A stretch of DNA of 64,000 nucleotides from an uncultured Bacillota bacterium. Its GTDB lineage: Bacteria > Sysuimicrobiota > Sysuimicrobiia > Sysuimicrobiales > Segetimicrobiaceae. The stretch spans positions 64,001-128,000 of the forward strand of contig CAWDRG010000005.1 of the NCBI GenBank assembly GCA_963804645.1, written 5' to 3'. Of the stretch, positions 9,586 through 17,776 are shown one piece after another. A model generated the notes under the pieces. That model was not told where the DNA came from, made no database searches, and saw only the letters and a list, made by a program, of their open reading frames with translations. The first letter of the stretch is position 1. Every line of letters starts with the position of its first letter. The translations under genes and the position numbers were made by a program.

Positions 9586-10782
9586 TCAGTGGGTCGGTGC
9601 CAAGGTCACGGTGACCTGCGCGGGTGAGACGCTGAGCACACGGGTGCCGCCCGGCAGCACCACGGTGGGCGTCACCTGGTGCGCCCCGGGGCGGAGGCCG
9701 GTGACGTCCACCCGCACCACGACCGCCGACGGCGCGAGCTGCGCGACGACGCCCTCCGGCCCGGAGACCGTGACCTGCAGGTGGTCGGGCGCGAGATGTG
9801 CCGTCAGTCCCGCGGCGACGCCGGCCGCGCGCACCGGCACCCCGCCGATCAGCCGCACGAGCAGCGCCGACCCGATCCGCACCGCGACGGTCACCCGCTG
9901 CGGCGACGACGTCACCCCCGACGGCGCCACGACGGCGATATCCCGGATGACGTCCCGTCGGGCTCCGCGGATGTCGATCGGGGCGGTTGCGATCGTCTGG
10001 ACCGTCTGCAGCGCGTCGCCGGGGCCCGACACCGTGACGGTCTGGGGCAGCGCCGTCACGCTGGTGACCGACAGGCCGGGGGCCGGCGCGCCCGCGAGGG
10101 TCGGAATGACCGGCAGCAGTTTCGTGATCGTTCCCGTCCGGACCGGCAGCGTCACCTGGACGAACGACGGGTCCACGACGACACTGTGCACCTCCTGCCC
10201 GTTGGCATCGAGCAGGTGGATCGGGACGGAGCTGAGCAGCTGCTGCTGGAGGCGCGCGGTGTCCACGGTGACGACCGCGTGGCGCACCTCCTGGACCTGC
10301 TCCGAGGCCCCGCTGATCGTGACGCGTTCGGGCACGGTGCGCGCGGCGCCGAGCGTGATGCCCGCCGGCGGCGTCCCGATCAGGCTGACTTCCACCGACA
10401 GCCGCTTCAGCGTCATCTGGTCGAGGACGACGAGCGCCTCGGGCGGCGTGCGCTCGACCACGCGGACGTCGCCGGCCGGGGTCGCGACGTCGATCCGCAC
10501 GCGGTGCTCGCCCGGACCGAGCCCCTGCAGATCGAGCGAGGCGTCGAGCACGTCCGGCGTCAGCGGCGCGACCGCGGACCGCGACCCCTGGAGCCGCACC
10601 TGCACGCGGTTCGGCGCCTGGACGACCACCTCGGTGGGACTGAGGTCGCGCACGTGCACGTCGAGGGTCATGATGCGCTCGACGACCGGGTTCTTGTCGG
10701 TCGCCACGTAGAGCCACATGACCGAGGCGATGACGATGGACAGCACCGCAAACAGAATCCGCGTGTCGAACAGACGCCTCAC
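9586..10782 (-). CDS. cdaR: CdaR/YbbR family regulator of diadenylate cyclase
   Basis: N-terminal TM helix ending WLYV, then repeated beta-rich YbbR-like domains. Lies between cdaA and glmM. GTG at 10782 overlaps the cdaA stop. Confidence 0.9.
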   Translation of the reverse strand: MRRLFDTRILFAVLSIVIASVMWLYVATDKNPVVERIMTLDVHVRDLSPTEVVVQAPNRVQVRLQGSRSAVAPLTPDVLDASLDLQGLGPGEHRVRIDVATPAGDVRVVERTPPEALVVLDQMTLKRLSVEVSLIGTPPAGITLGAARTVPERVTISGASEQVQEVRHAVVTVDTARLQQQLLSSVPIHLLDANGQEVHSVVVDPSFVQVTLPVRTGTITKLLPVIPTLAGAPAPGLSVTSVTALPQTVTVSGPGDALQTVQTIATAPIDIRGARRDVIRDIAVVAPSGVTSSPQRVTVAVRIGSALLVRLIGGVPVRAAGVAAGLTAHLAPDHLQVTVSGPEGVVAQLAPSAVVVRVDVTGLRPGAHQVTPTVVLPGGTRVLSVSPAQVTVTLAPTH

Positions 10783-11630
10783 GCCCCGGCCTTCCTCCAC
10801 GGCCAGAACGTCGGCACGCGGAGCGGCGGCACGTGCAGCATCCCCGGCCGCGTCGACGGCGGGCCGGCGAGCGCGAGCAGCGCCACCTTGAGCTCCTCCT
10901 CCGTCAAGCCGCGCCGCACGCGCGACTCTTGGGCGAGGGAGATGGTGCCCGTCTCCTCCGACACGATCACGGCCACGGCGTCGGTCTCCTCGGTGATGCC
11001 GATCGCCGCGCGGTGCCGCGTCCCCAGCGCGCGGCTGAGCCCGGGGCGCTCGGTCAGCGGCAGCAGGCAGCCCGCCGCGGCGACCCGATTGCCGCGAATG
11101 ATCAAGGCGCCGTCGTGAAGCGGCGTGTTCGGAAAGAACACGTTGATCAGCAGCGGCGTCGTCACGACCCCGTCAATGCGGATCCCCGTCTCGATGACGT
11201 CCTCCAGACCGATCTGGCGTTCGAGCACGATGAGCGCGCCGATCTTGCGGGACCCGAGGACGCGGGCCGCGCGCGCGACGTCGTTGACGAGGCGGATCGC
11301 CGCCTCGCGGTCGAGCCCGTGCGGGCTGAGCCCCACGAGGGACACGCCGCCGCGGCCGATCTGCTCGAGCATCCGGCGCATCTCCGGCTGAAACAGGACC
11401 AGCAGCGCGATCGGCACGACGATGCCCACGTAGCTCAGCAGCCACTGCAGCGTGTACAAGCCCAGCAGCCGGCTCACCACGTACACGCCGAACAGCACGG
11501 CCAGCCCCGCGACCAGCTGCACCGCCCGCGTCCCGCGGATCAGCATCAACACGTTGTAGATGATGAACGCGACGACAAGAATGTCGATGAGGTCCCAAAC
11601 CCGGAACGGAAACGAGAGCGGCAGCGGCAT
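10779..11630 (-). CDS. cdaA: Diadenylate cyclase CdaA
   Basis: Three TM segments, FQPEMRRMLEQIGR, catalytic LHDGA and GTRHRAA. Start placed at ATG 11630. Confidence 0.96.
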   Translation of the reverse strand: MPLPLSFPFRVWDLIDILVVAFIIYNVLMLIRGTRAVQLVAGLAVLFGVYVVSRLLGLYTLQWLLSYVGIVVPIALLVLFQPEMRRMLEQIGRGGVSLVGLSPHGLDREAAIRLVNDVARAARVLGSRKIGALIVLERQIGLEDVIETGIRIDGVVTTPLLINVFFPNTPLHDGALIIRGNRVAAAGCLLPLTERPGLSRALGTRHRAAIGITEETDAVAVIVSEETGTISLAQESRVRRGLTEEELKVALLALAGPPSTRPGMLHVPPLRVPTFWPWRKAGA

Positions 11631-11670
11631 AGCGGTCACCCGTCGCGCGGCGGTCGGGCCGACCCCGGCG

Positions 11671-12597
11671 TTACAACGCCTGCGCGAGGAGGGACTTCTG
11701 CACGTGCAGGCGGTTTTCCGCCTCGTCAAACGCTACCGACTGGGGCCCGTCGAGCACCTCGTCGGTGATCTCCTCCCCGCGGTGGGCCGGGAGACAGTGC
11801 GACACCAGGGCGTGGCGGGGGGCGTGCGCGAGCAGCGCGGCGTTGATCTGATACCCCGCGAACGCGCGCCGGCGCGCCTCCGCCTCCGCCTCGCAGCCCA
11901 TGCTCGTCCAGACGTCCGTGTAGATCAGATCCGCGCCCATCACCGCGCGCACCGGATCGTCCGTCACCTCGACGGACGCGCCGGGGGCCGCGGACGCACG
12001 GGCGTCGACGAGGGTCCGGTCATCGAGCCCGTAGGCGGGCGGGGACGCGACGATCACCGACGCGCCCAACCGGACCGCCCCGCGCAGGAGCGAGCGCGCG
12101 ACGTTGTTCCCGTCGCCGATCCAGGCGATGCGCACCCCATCGAGACGCCCAACCCGCTCCCGGATCGTCAGCAGCGTCGCCAGCGCCTGACACGGATGCT
12201 CCCAATCGGAGAGCGCGTTGATCACCGGCACGTGCGCGTGCTCGGCGAGGGTCAGCACGTTCGCGTGCGCAAACGTCCGCACCACGATCCCGTCGACCCA
12301 CCGGTCGAGATTGCGCGCGATGTCGGGGTACGATTCCCGCGTGCCCATGCCGACGCCGAGCGCGTCGAGGTAGATCGCCTGCCCGCCGAGGTGGAGCATC
12401 GCGACCTCAAACGTCGCATGCGTGCGCAGCGACGGCTTCTCAAACAGGAGCGCCAGCACCTTGCCGCCGAGCAGGACCGGCCGGTCGCCCGTACGGCCGC
12501 GCGCCTTCAAGTCCGCGGCCAAGTCCAGGACGGCGACGGTCTCGCGAACGTCGAGATCGCAGATCCCGCTGAAATCCCGCCCCCGCAGTCCCGCCAC
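11671..12597 (-). CDS. argF: Ornithine carbamoyltransferase
   Basis: FEKPSLRT, HPCQ, GDGNN, DVWTSMG, HCLPAHRGEE, AENR. GTG at 12597 has a GGAGG RBS. Confidence 0.93.
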   Translation of the reverse strand: MAGLRGRDFSGICDLDVRETVAVLDLAADLKARGRTGDRPVLLGGKVLALLFEKPSLRTHATFEVAMLHLGGQAIYLDALGVGMGTRESYPDIARNLDRWVDGIVVRTFAHANVLTLAEHAHVPVINALSDWEHPCQALATLLTIRERVGRLDGVRIAWIGDGNNVARSLLRGAVRLGASVIVASPPAYGLDDRTLVDARASAAPGASVEVTDDPVRAVMGADLIYTDVWTSMGCEAEAEARRRAFAGYQINAALLAHAPRHALVSHCLPAHRGEEITDEVLDGPQSVAFDEAENRLHVQKSLLAQAL

Positions 12598-12622
12598 GTC
12601 GCCCTCCGTCCCGGCTCGCCTT

Positions 12623-12661
12623 GGTGCATAATTATACCGCAATCGGTCATAATAATGCAAC
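12623..12661 (-). promoter_or_regulatory. argF promoter overlapped by tandem ARG boxes (ArgR operator)
   Basis: Minus strand TTGCAT(12660-12655)-N18-TATAAT(12636-12631). Imperfect palindromes TGCATAATTATACC (12625-12638) and GTCATAATAATGCA (12646-12659) start 21 bp apart, the canonical 18+3 ARG-box spacing. Confidence 0.8.
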
Positions 12662-12714
12662 GCCTGGGCCTGGGAACGTGCGTGAGGACTCGGCGCAGCC
12701 GGTGGGAACGAACC

Positions 12715-13737
12715 CTACAGAACCCGGCGCGCTCCCAGATAGTGCGACAGGAAATACGACTCGTCCAGCTCGTCGACCACCACGCGCCCCACGCTGCTCG
12801 ACGGGTGGACGAACCGTCCGTCCCCGATATAGATGCCGACGTGGGATGCCCCGGTGCCGTCGGTATTAAAGAACACGAGGTCTCCCGGTTCGAGCGCGGT
12901 CATCTCCACGGGGATGCCGAAGCCCCACTGATCGTACGACACCCGCGGCAGATCGGGCACGTACGGCGCATAGATGGCGTAGACGAGGCCCGAACAATCG
13001 ACCCCGGCACGCGTCGTGCCCCCCCAGGCGTACGGGGTCCCGAGGTATTGGAGGGCTTCCGAGGTGACGCGCCGGGCCACCAACGAGGATTGGAGCGACC
13101 CGCGGACGACCGGCGGGCCCGCGGATCCCTGGTCGGGCGGAACGAGCGTCACCGGAGCGTCCGCCCCCGACGCCGGCGGCGCGAGATCGGCCGCCGGCGG
13201 CCCGAACGGTCGAGAGATCTGGGCGGCGGCCGCGGTGCTCGGCGCGGCCGCGGCCGGGATCACCAGCGCCTGCCCCACGTGGAGCGTCGTGGAGACGCCG
13301 AAGTGGTTCGCGCTCTGAAGAAGTACGACCGTCACCCCGTGCGTGACCGCGATATGGTACAGCGTGTCCCCGGCCTGTACCACGTAGACCTGGGCGGTGC
13401 CGGACGGCGGCGGCCAGAACAGCGCCCTCGGGGCGAGGGCATCCGAACTCGCGGGAACGGCGTCTTGGGACGGCGGGAGGGTCGGCGCGAACAGGATCGC
13501 CCGGGACGCGCCGGCGTTGGGGATCACCAGCACTTCGCCCACGTGAATCTCGGACGCGTTGAGGAGGTGGTTGGTCCGCGTCAGATCGGCGACGGTGACG
13601 CCGAAGTGCCGCGCAATGCTGTAGAGCGTGTCGTGCCGAATCACGGTGTAGAGTTCCGCGGCACCGGCGGGTGCCGCCGACACCAGCGCCACCGCGAGGA
13701 TGATCAGCGCCGTGGTGACCCATGCTGCGATGCGCAC
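12715..13737 (-). CDS. Secreted 2xLysM + NlpC/P60 peptidoglycan endopeptidase
   Basis: Signal peptide, two LysM repeats (DTLYSIA, GDTLYHIA), PYAWGG, DCSG (Cys), PGDLVFF, SHVGIY, FVH. GTG at 13737 follows GGAGG. Confidence 0.93.
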   Translation of the reverse strand: MRIAAWVTTALIILAVALVSAAPAGAAELYTVIRHDTLYSIARHFGVTVADLTRTNHLLNASEIHVGEVLVIPNAGASRAILFAPTLPPSQDAVPASSDALAPRALFWPPPSGTAQVYVVQAGDTLYHIAVTHGVTVVLLQSANHFGVSTTLHVGQALVIPAAAAPSTAAAAQISRPFGPPAADLAPPASGADAPVTLVPPDQGSAGPPVVRGSLQSSLVARRVTSEALQYLGTPYAWGGTTRAGVDCSGLVYAIYAPYVPDLPRVSYDQWGFGIPVEMTALEPGDLVFFNTDGTGASHVGIYIGDGRFVHPSSSVGRVVVDELDESYFLSHYLGARRVL

Positions 13738-13871
13738 GCTCGGCCTCCCCCGCGTCGTCCCGCGATCCATCCACTCTGTGCCCGGGACGGGCGTCCACTA
13801 GACCGGAGCAGCTCGGCTGCGATGCTTGCTGCGACCTGCTATTCAGTGACCGGCGCGACCCGCGCGCCGCG

Positions 13872-14270
13872 CTACCGCTTCGAGTACTGGAACCCCTTTC
13901 GCGCCCGCTTGTGCCCGTACTTCTTCCGTTCCTTCTGCCGCGGATCGCGCGTCAAGAGGCCCGCCTTGCGCATCGGAGACCGCAGTTCGGCGTCGATCGA
14001 CAGGAGCGCCCGCGCGATGCCCAACCGCACCGCGCCGGCCTGGCCCGCGACCCCACCGCCGCGGACGTCCACGACCACATCGAACCGCCCCTCCGCGTTC
14101 GCGACTACCAGCGCTTGGCGGATCACAGTCAGCAGCGGACCCTTGGGGAAATGCTGCTCGGCCGTGCGCCCGTTCACGGTAATCGTCCCGGTCCCGGGCA
14201 CCAAGCGGACTCTCGCCGCCGCCTCTTTGCGGCCGCCCGAGGCCATCGTCATCGCGGGGACATCCATCAC
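13872..14270 (-). CDS. rpsI: 30S ribosomal protein S9
   Basis: [48 protein letters not shown]. Confidence 0.98.
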   Translation of the reverse strand: MMDVPAMTMASGGRKEAAARVRLVPGTGTITVNGRTAEQHFPKGPLLTVIRQALVVANAEGRFDVVVDVRGGGVAGQAGAVRLGIARALLSIDAELRSPMRKAGLLTRDPRQKERKKYGHKRARKGFQYSKR

Positions 14271-14731
14271 GCGTCACGTCCCTTCGTGGAAGTCGATCCG
14301 GGGCGGCGCGGGAACGTCAGCGCCACCGGCTGCTGCGCCGCATGGCGGTGCGCCTCGCCGCGGTAGACCTTGAGCTTGCCCAGGCATTCGCGTCCGAGCG
14401 GATTCTTCGGCAGCATCCCCTTGACCGCTTCCTTGAGCAGCATCTCGGGACGCCGCTGCAGGAGCTTGCCGGCGGGCGTCGACCGCAGGCCGCCCGGGTA
14501 GCCGGAGTGCCGGTAATACATCTTCTGCTGCAGCTTGCGGCCGGTGAGCCGAATCTTCTCAGCGTTGATGATGATCACGTAGTCGCCGCTGACCGACGGC
14601 GTGAATGTCGGCCTCGCCTTTCCGCGCAACACCGCCGCCACCCGGCTCGCGAGGCGCCCGAGAATCTGGCCCCTCGCGTCCACCAGGAACCACTGCGCCG
14701 GCTGATCCGGCTTTCCCATGAACGTCCGCAT
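14267..14731 (-). CDS. rplM: 50S ribosomal protein L13
   Basis: [38 protein letters not shown] at 14731 follows GGAGGT. Confidence 0.98.
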   Translation of the reverse strand: MRTFMGKPDQPAQWFLVDARGQILGRLASRVAAVLRGKARPTFTPSVSGDYVIIINAEKIRLTGRKLQQKMYYRHSGYPGGLRSTPAGKLLQRRPEMLLKEAVKGMLPKNPLGRECLGKLKVYRGEAHRHAAQQPVALTFPRRPGSTSTKGRDA

Positions 14732-14815
14732 GCATACCTCCAGTGCGTGTGCGGCCCTGCAGGGCCAATGTCGCCGCGCGACACCGCGGCCCACCCCAAA
14801 AAACGGCAGGACCTA

Positions 14816-14845
14816 ATTGTACGGGGCCAATCGGCCCTGTGTCAA
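14816..14845 (-). promoter_or_regulatory. Sigma70 promoter of rplM-rpsI
   Basis: Minus strand TTGACA-N18-TACAAT. Confidence 0.8.
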
Positions 14846-15180
14846 TCGACGCATGCCCCTGCAAAACCTCGCGGCCCTCCGTCCTCGCCCCCCTCGCATC
14901 CGGGTCCTTCCCGGCCCTCGTCCCCTGCCCAGCCGCACCCACATGCGGCCCCGGTCGAACACATTCTGATGTTTCGGGCCGTGCATGGCGGGGAAACAGA
15001 TAACTTAATACGAATATACCGGCGATTCGGCTCGCGAGGGGGTGGCTCAGTGACGTTTCCGCAGCTCGTAGGGACTGTGGTGACGAAATCCGCCGTCGCG
15101 ACGATGAGGGAGATGCTCCGTCGTCCCGGGAACAGTCCGGCTGCGGACGCGCAATGTCCGCGGCGGGCAGGGGCGCGATC

Positions 15181-15426
15181 GTGAACACGAGGCCGAAGAT
15201 CATCTCGTCAGACACCATCCCGCAGGATTCCATCACGGCGCGGGAAGTGCCGGCCAGAGACAAACTGGATGAACTCCTGCATTCCGGCTATGTGGTGGTC
15301 CCGGCGCCGGAAACCGCCAGCACGTTGTGGCTCGAAGCCACGCGAGCCCGTCCTGGGTCGCAGGTCAGCCTCAGTTCAACGTCCGCCGGTTACCGCGTAG
15401 AGATCTCGTCCAAGCGCTTCGTCTAG
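15181..15426 (+). CDS. Small hypothetical protein (about 81 aa)
   Basis: Non-shadow ORF with ordinary protein composition, filling the gap between rplM and the DinB gene. GTG at 15181 follows AGGGG. Alternative ATG at 15154. Confidence 0.55.
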   Translation: MNTRPKIISSDTIPQDSITAREVPARDKLDELLHSGYVVVPAPETASTLWLEATRARPGSQVSLSSTSAGYRVEISSKRFV

Positions 15427-15472
15427 CGGTCCAGATCGGCGGCACCGCACCGGCGACCGAAGGCCAGGCGGT

Positions 15473-15967
15473 CTACCGCCGCGTCTTGGCCGCTGCGTAC
15501 TGGCTGCGCCGCTTCGCAATGGTCCGGAGATGATAGTGGACGTGATCGGCAAAATGGTCGACGAGGTACTCGAGCGTCTGCGGCCCGGATTCCGAATGCA
15601 TCCCGGCGTGGGCCCACGCCTCCATCGGCGCCCTGCGAAGCATGTCCGCGGTCGGTTCGCGAACGGCCCGAAAGAGGGTCAGCGCCGACGGAACCGGCCA
15701 CGCCTTGTAATCCAGGGCCGCCGCCCAACGCCCCTGGTCGAACCCCGTCAGGGGCGCGCCCGGCTGCGCGAGCACGAATCGGATGCGCACCGCGGCGACC
15801 AAGTCGCAGTCCGCGACGTGGACGACGTTCTCGTGGATGCTCCAGTGGCCGGCACCCGGACTGAAGGTCATCTCGTCGGGTGAAATGCCGCGGATCGCGG
15901 CCTCCAGGAGTTCGGGCCCCTCGGCATAGGCTCGGAGCAACTCATTGACGCGCTGCGCGGTCGGCAT
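15473..15967 (-). CDS. DinB/YfiT family protein (putative metal-dependent thiol S-transferase)
   Basis: WSIHENVVHVAD, FDQGRW, DHVHYH (His triad). ATG at 15967 follows AGAGGT. Confidence 0.88.
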   Translation of the reverse strand: MPTAQRVNELLRAYAEGPELLEAAIRGISPDEMTFSPGAGHWSIHENVVHVADCDLVAAVRIRFVLAQPGAPLTGFDQGRWAAALDYKAWPVPSALTLFRAVREPTADMLRRAPMEAWAHAGMHSESGPQTLEYLVDHFADHVHYHLRTIAKRRSQYAAAKTRR

Positions 15968-16368
15968 GGCTGCCACCTCTTGACTGACGTACCTACGGTC
16001 TACGTCTACGGTCTTTGGTACGACTACGGCGCGCCCAGTCCCTGGGATCGACACACGGGGTCGGGTGGCCCCAACGGTAATGCGTCACGGCGCCGGCGGA
16101 CCGCCCGCACCGTGACGCACGCGTCAACCCGACGCGGCAGGGGCGCTCACGACGCTGCAGAAGCCGATAGGGGCCGGTGGCGCCGACACCCGGCGGGGCT
16201 GATGGCTACTATCCCTGGGATGATTGTGGGAGTCTCGGTCGTAAACTAGATACAGTGGTTCGATCAGGGGGCCCGGACGCGTCGGCGTCGCCGCGACGAC
16301 GGTCGCGGTATGTCGCGCGTGCGGCCAGCCCCCGGCCGGCCAACGCAGGGCCCTGGAGGAACACGCCT

Positions 16369-17772
16369 ATGGATGCACGCGCACGCACTTGGGCGGCCGC
16401 CGCATGGGGCCGCACCGTCCGTGGAGGAGCGGTGCTCGCGATCGGCGTGCTCGGCCTCGCCGTGGCGGGGTGCACCTCGGCACGCAGCGGGGCGCGGACC
16501 CCGGCGGCCGCGACACCGCCTCCTCCGCCCGTTGTCGTGACGGCCGCCCTGCAGCGGAGCGTGCCCGTGTACCAGGAAGCCGTGGCGCAGACGGTCGCCC
16601 TACAGACGGTGGATCTCCGTCCGCAGGTCGGGGGCGCAATCGAGCAGGTGTTGTTCAAAGAGGGCTCCGAGGTCCGGCGCGGGCAGACGATGTTCGTGAT
16701 CGATCAGCGCCCGTACCAGACCGCGCTCCAAAGTGCCGAGGCGCAGGTCGCCACGGCCCAGGCGCAGCTCGTCACCGCGCAGGCCGCGCTGAGGCAGGCG
16801 CTTGAGCAGACCGCGCTGGCTCAAGCCGAGGCCCAGCTGGCCGCGGTCCGGGCGCCGCTGGTCAACGCGCAGCAGCAGTTGAAGCGGGACCAATACCTGC
16901 TCGCGCAGGGGGCCGTCGCGCAGCAGCAGGTCGACAACGACACCGCCACCGAGCAGGCCGCGGAGGCGACGGTCACCGCCCAAGAGGCCACCGTCAAGAA
17001 CACCGCCCTCTCGCAGCAGATCGGCATCGCGCAGGCCCGCGCCGGGGTGCAGCAGGCGGAGGCCGGGGTCGCGCAGGCGAAGTCCGCGGTCGCCCAGGCC
17101 AGGCTCAACCTCGCGTACACATCGGTCGCCGCCCCGATCGACGGGGTGGTCGGGCTCTTAGACGTGGATCAGGGCAACCTGGTAGCGGCGAACCAGCTGC
17201 TCGCCACGATGTCGTCCGTGGATCCAATGGTGGTCCAGTTCAACGTCAGCGAGGTCACCTACCTCGCATTGGCCAAGCGTGCGATCGCGACCGCCGCCAA
17301 GACGGGACAGCCGGCCGCGAACATCGCATCGTTTGGGCTGATCCTGGCGGACGGCAGTGACTACCCGCAGGCGGGGACGTTCCGGACGCTCGATCGGGCG
17401 GTCAACCCGACGAGCGGCACCATCCCGGTCCAGGCGCTGTTCCCGAATCCGGAGCGGATCCTCAAGCCCGGCATGTACGCGCGGGTGCGGGCGCGGGTCG
17501 AGGAGCGGCCGAACGCCATCCTGATTCCCCAGTCCGCGGTCCAGGAGGTCCAGGGCGTCGATACGGTTTTCGTGGTCGGCGCGAACAACACGGTCGCCGT
17601 GCGCAGCATCACCGAGGGGGGCTCGTACGGACCGTTCTTCGTCGTGCTGAGCGGGCTCCAAGCGGGCGACCGCGTCGTCGTCGAAGGCGTCCAGAAGGTC
17701 CAGCCCGGGATGACCGTGACGCCCACGGTGCAGGCGCCGCCCCCGCTGCCCGCCGAGACCGGAAGGCCGTAG
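16369..17772 (+). CDS. RND efflux periplasmic adaptor (MFP), lipoprotein
   Basis: Lipobox LAVAGC, VDLRPQVGG, long Ala/Gln coiled coil, LNLAYTSVAAPIDG, FPNP..LKPGMY. ATG at 16369 follows GGAGG. Confidence 0.93.
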   Translation: MDARARTWAAAAWGRTVRGGAVLAIGVLGLAVAGCTSARSGARTPAAATPPPPPVVVTAALQRSVPVYQEAVAQTVALQTVDLRPQVGGAIEQVLFKEGSEVRRGQTMFVIDQRPYQTALQSAEAQVATAQAQLVTAQAALRQALEQTALAQAEAQLAAVRAPLVNAQQQLKRDQYLLAQGAVAQQQVDNDTATEQAAEATVTAQEATVKNTALSQQIGIAQARAGVQQAEAGVAQAKSAVAQARLNLAYTSVAAPIDGVVGLLDVDQGNLVAANQLLATMSSVDPMVVQFNVSEVTYLALAKRAIATAAKTGQPAANIASFGLILADGSDYPQAGTFRTLDRAVNPTSGTIPVQALFPNPERILKPGMYARVRARVEERPNAILIPQSAVQEVQGVDTVFVVGANNTVAVRSITEGGSYGPFFVVLSGLQAGDRVVVEGVQKVQPGMTVTPTVQAPPPLPAETGRP

Positions 17773-17776
17773 CCGC

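Noticed and set aside
11671..12597. argF as N-succinyl- or N-acetylornithine transcarbamylase because of SLRT
   Set aside because: It retains DxxxSMG and HCLPAHRGEE, which are typical of ordinary OTCase.
13738..13871. c-di-AMP (ydaO) riboswitch upstream of the NlpC/P60 gene
   Set aside because: The context is attractive, but the conserved GAAUC / GGAACC / GGGG / CCCGUCAGCUAAC elements are absent. Only two GC hairpins are present.
11560..14373. Long antisense ORFs (937 aa here; also 17609-20998, 3621-5951, 36930-39182, 60294-62576 and many others)
   Set aside because: Arg/Pro/Ala-rich shadow frames of well-supported genes, as expected in high-GC DNA.
14954..14976. LexA box (TCGAAC...)
   Set aside because: The second half-site GTTCG is not at the N4 spacing.
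15035..15110. tRNA or SAM-I riboswitch (GGGGTGGCTCAG; AGGGACTG..GACGAAA)
   Set aside because: No D-loop GG, T-loop or acceptor pairing. The SAM-I GCAACC and GGUGC elements are missing.
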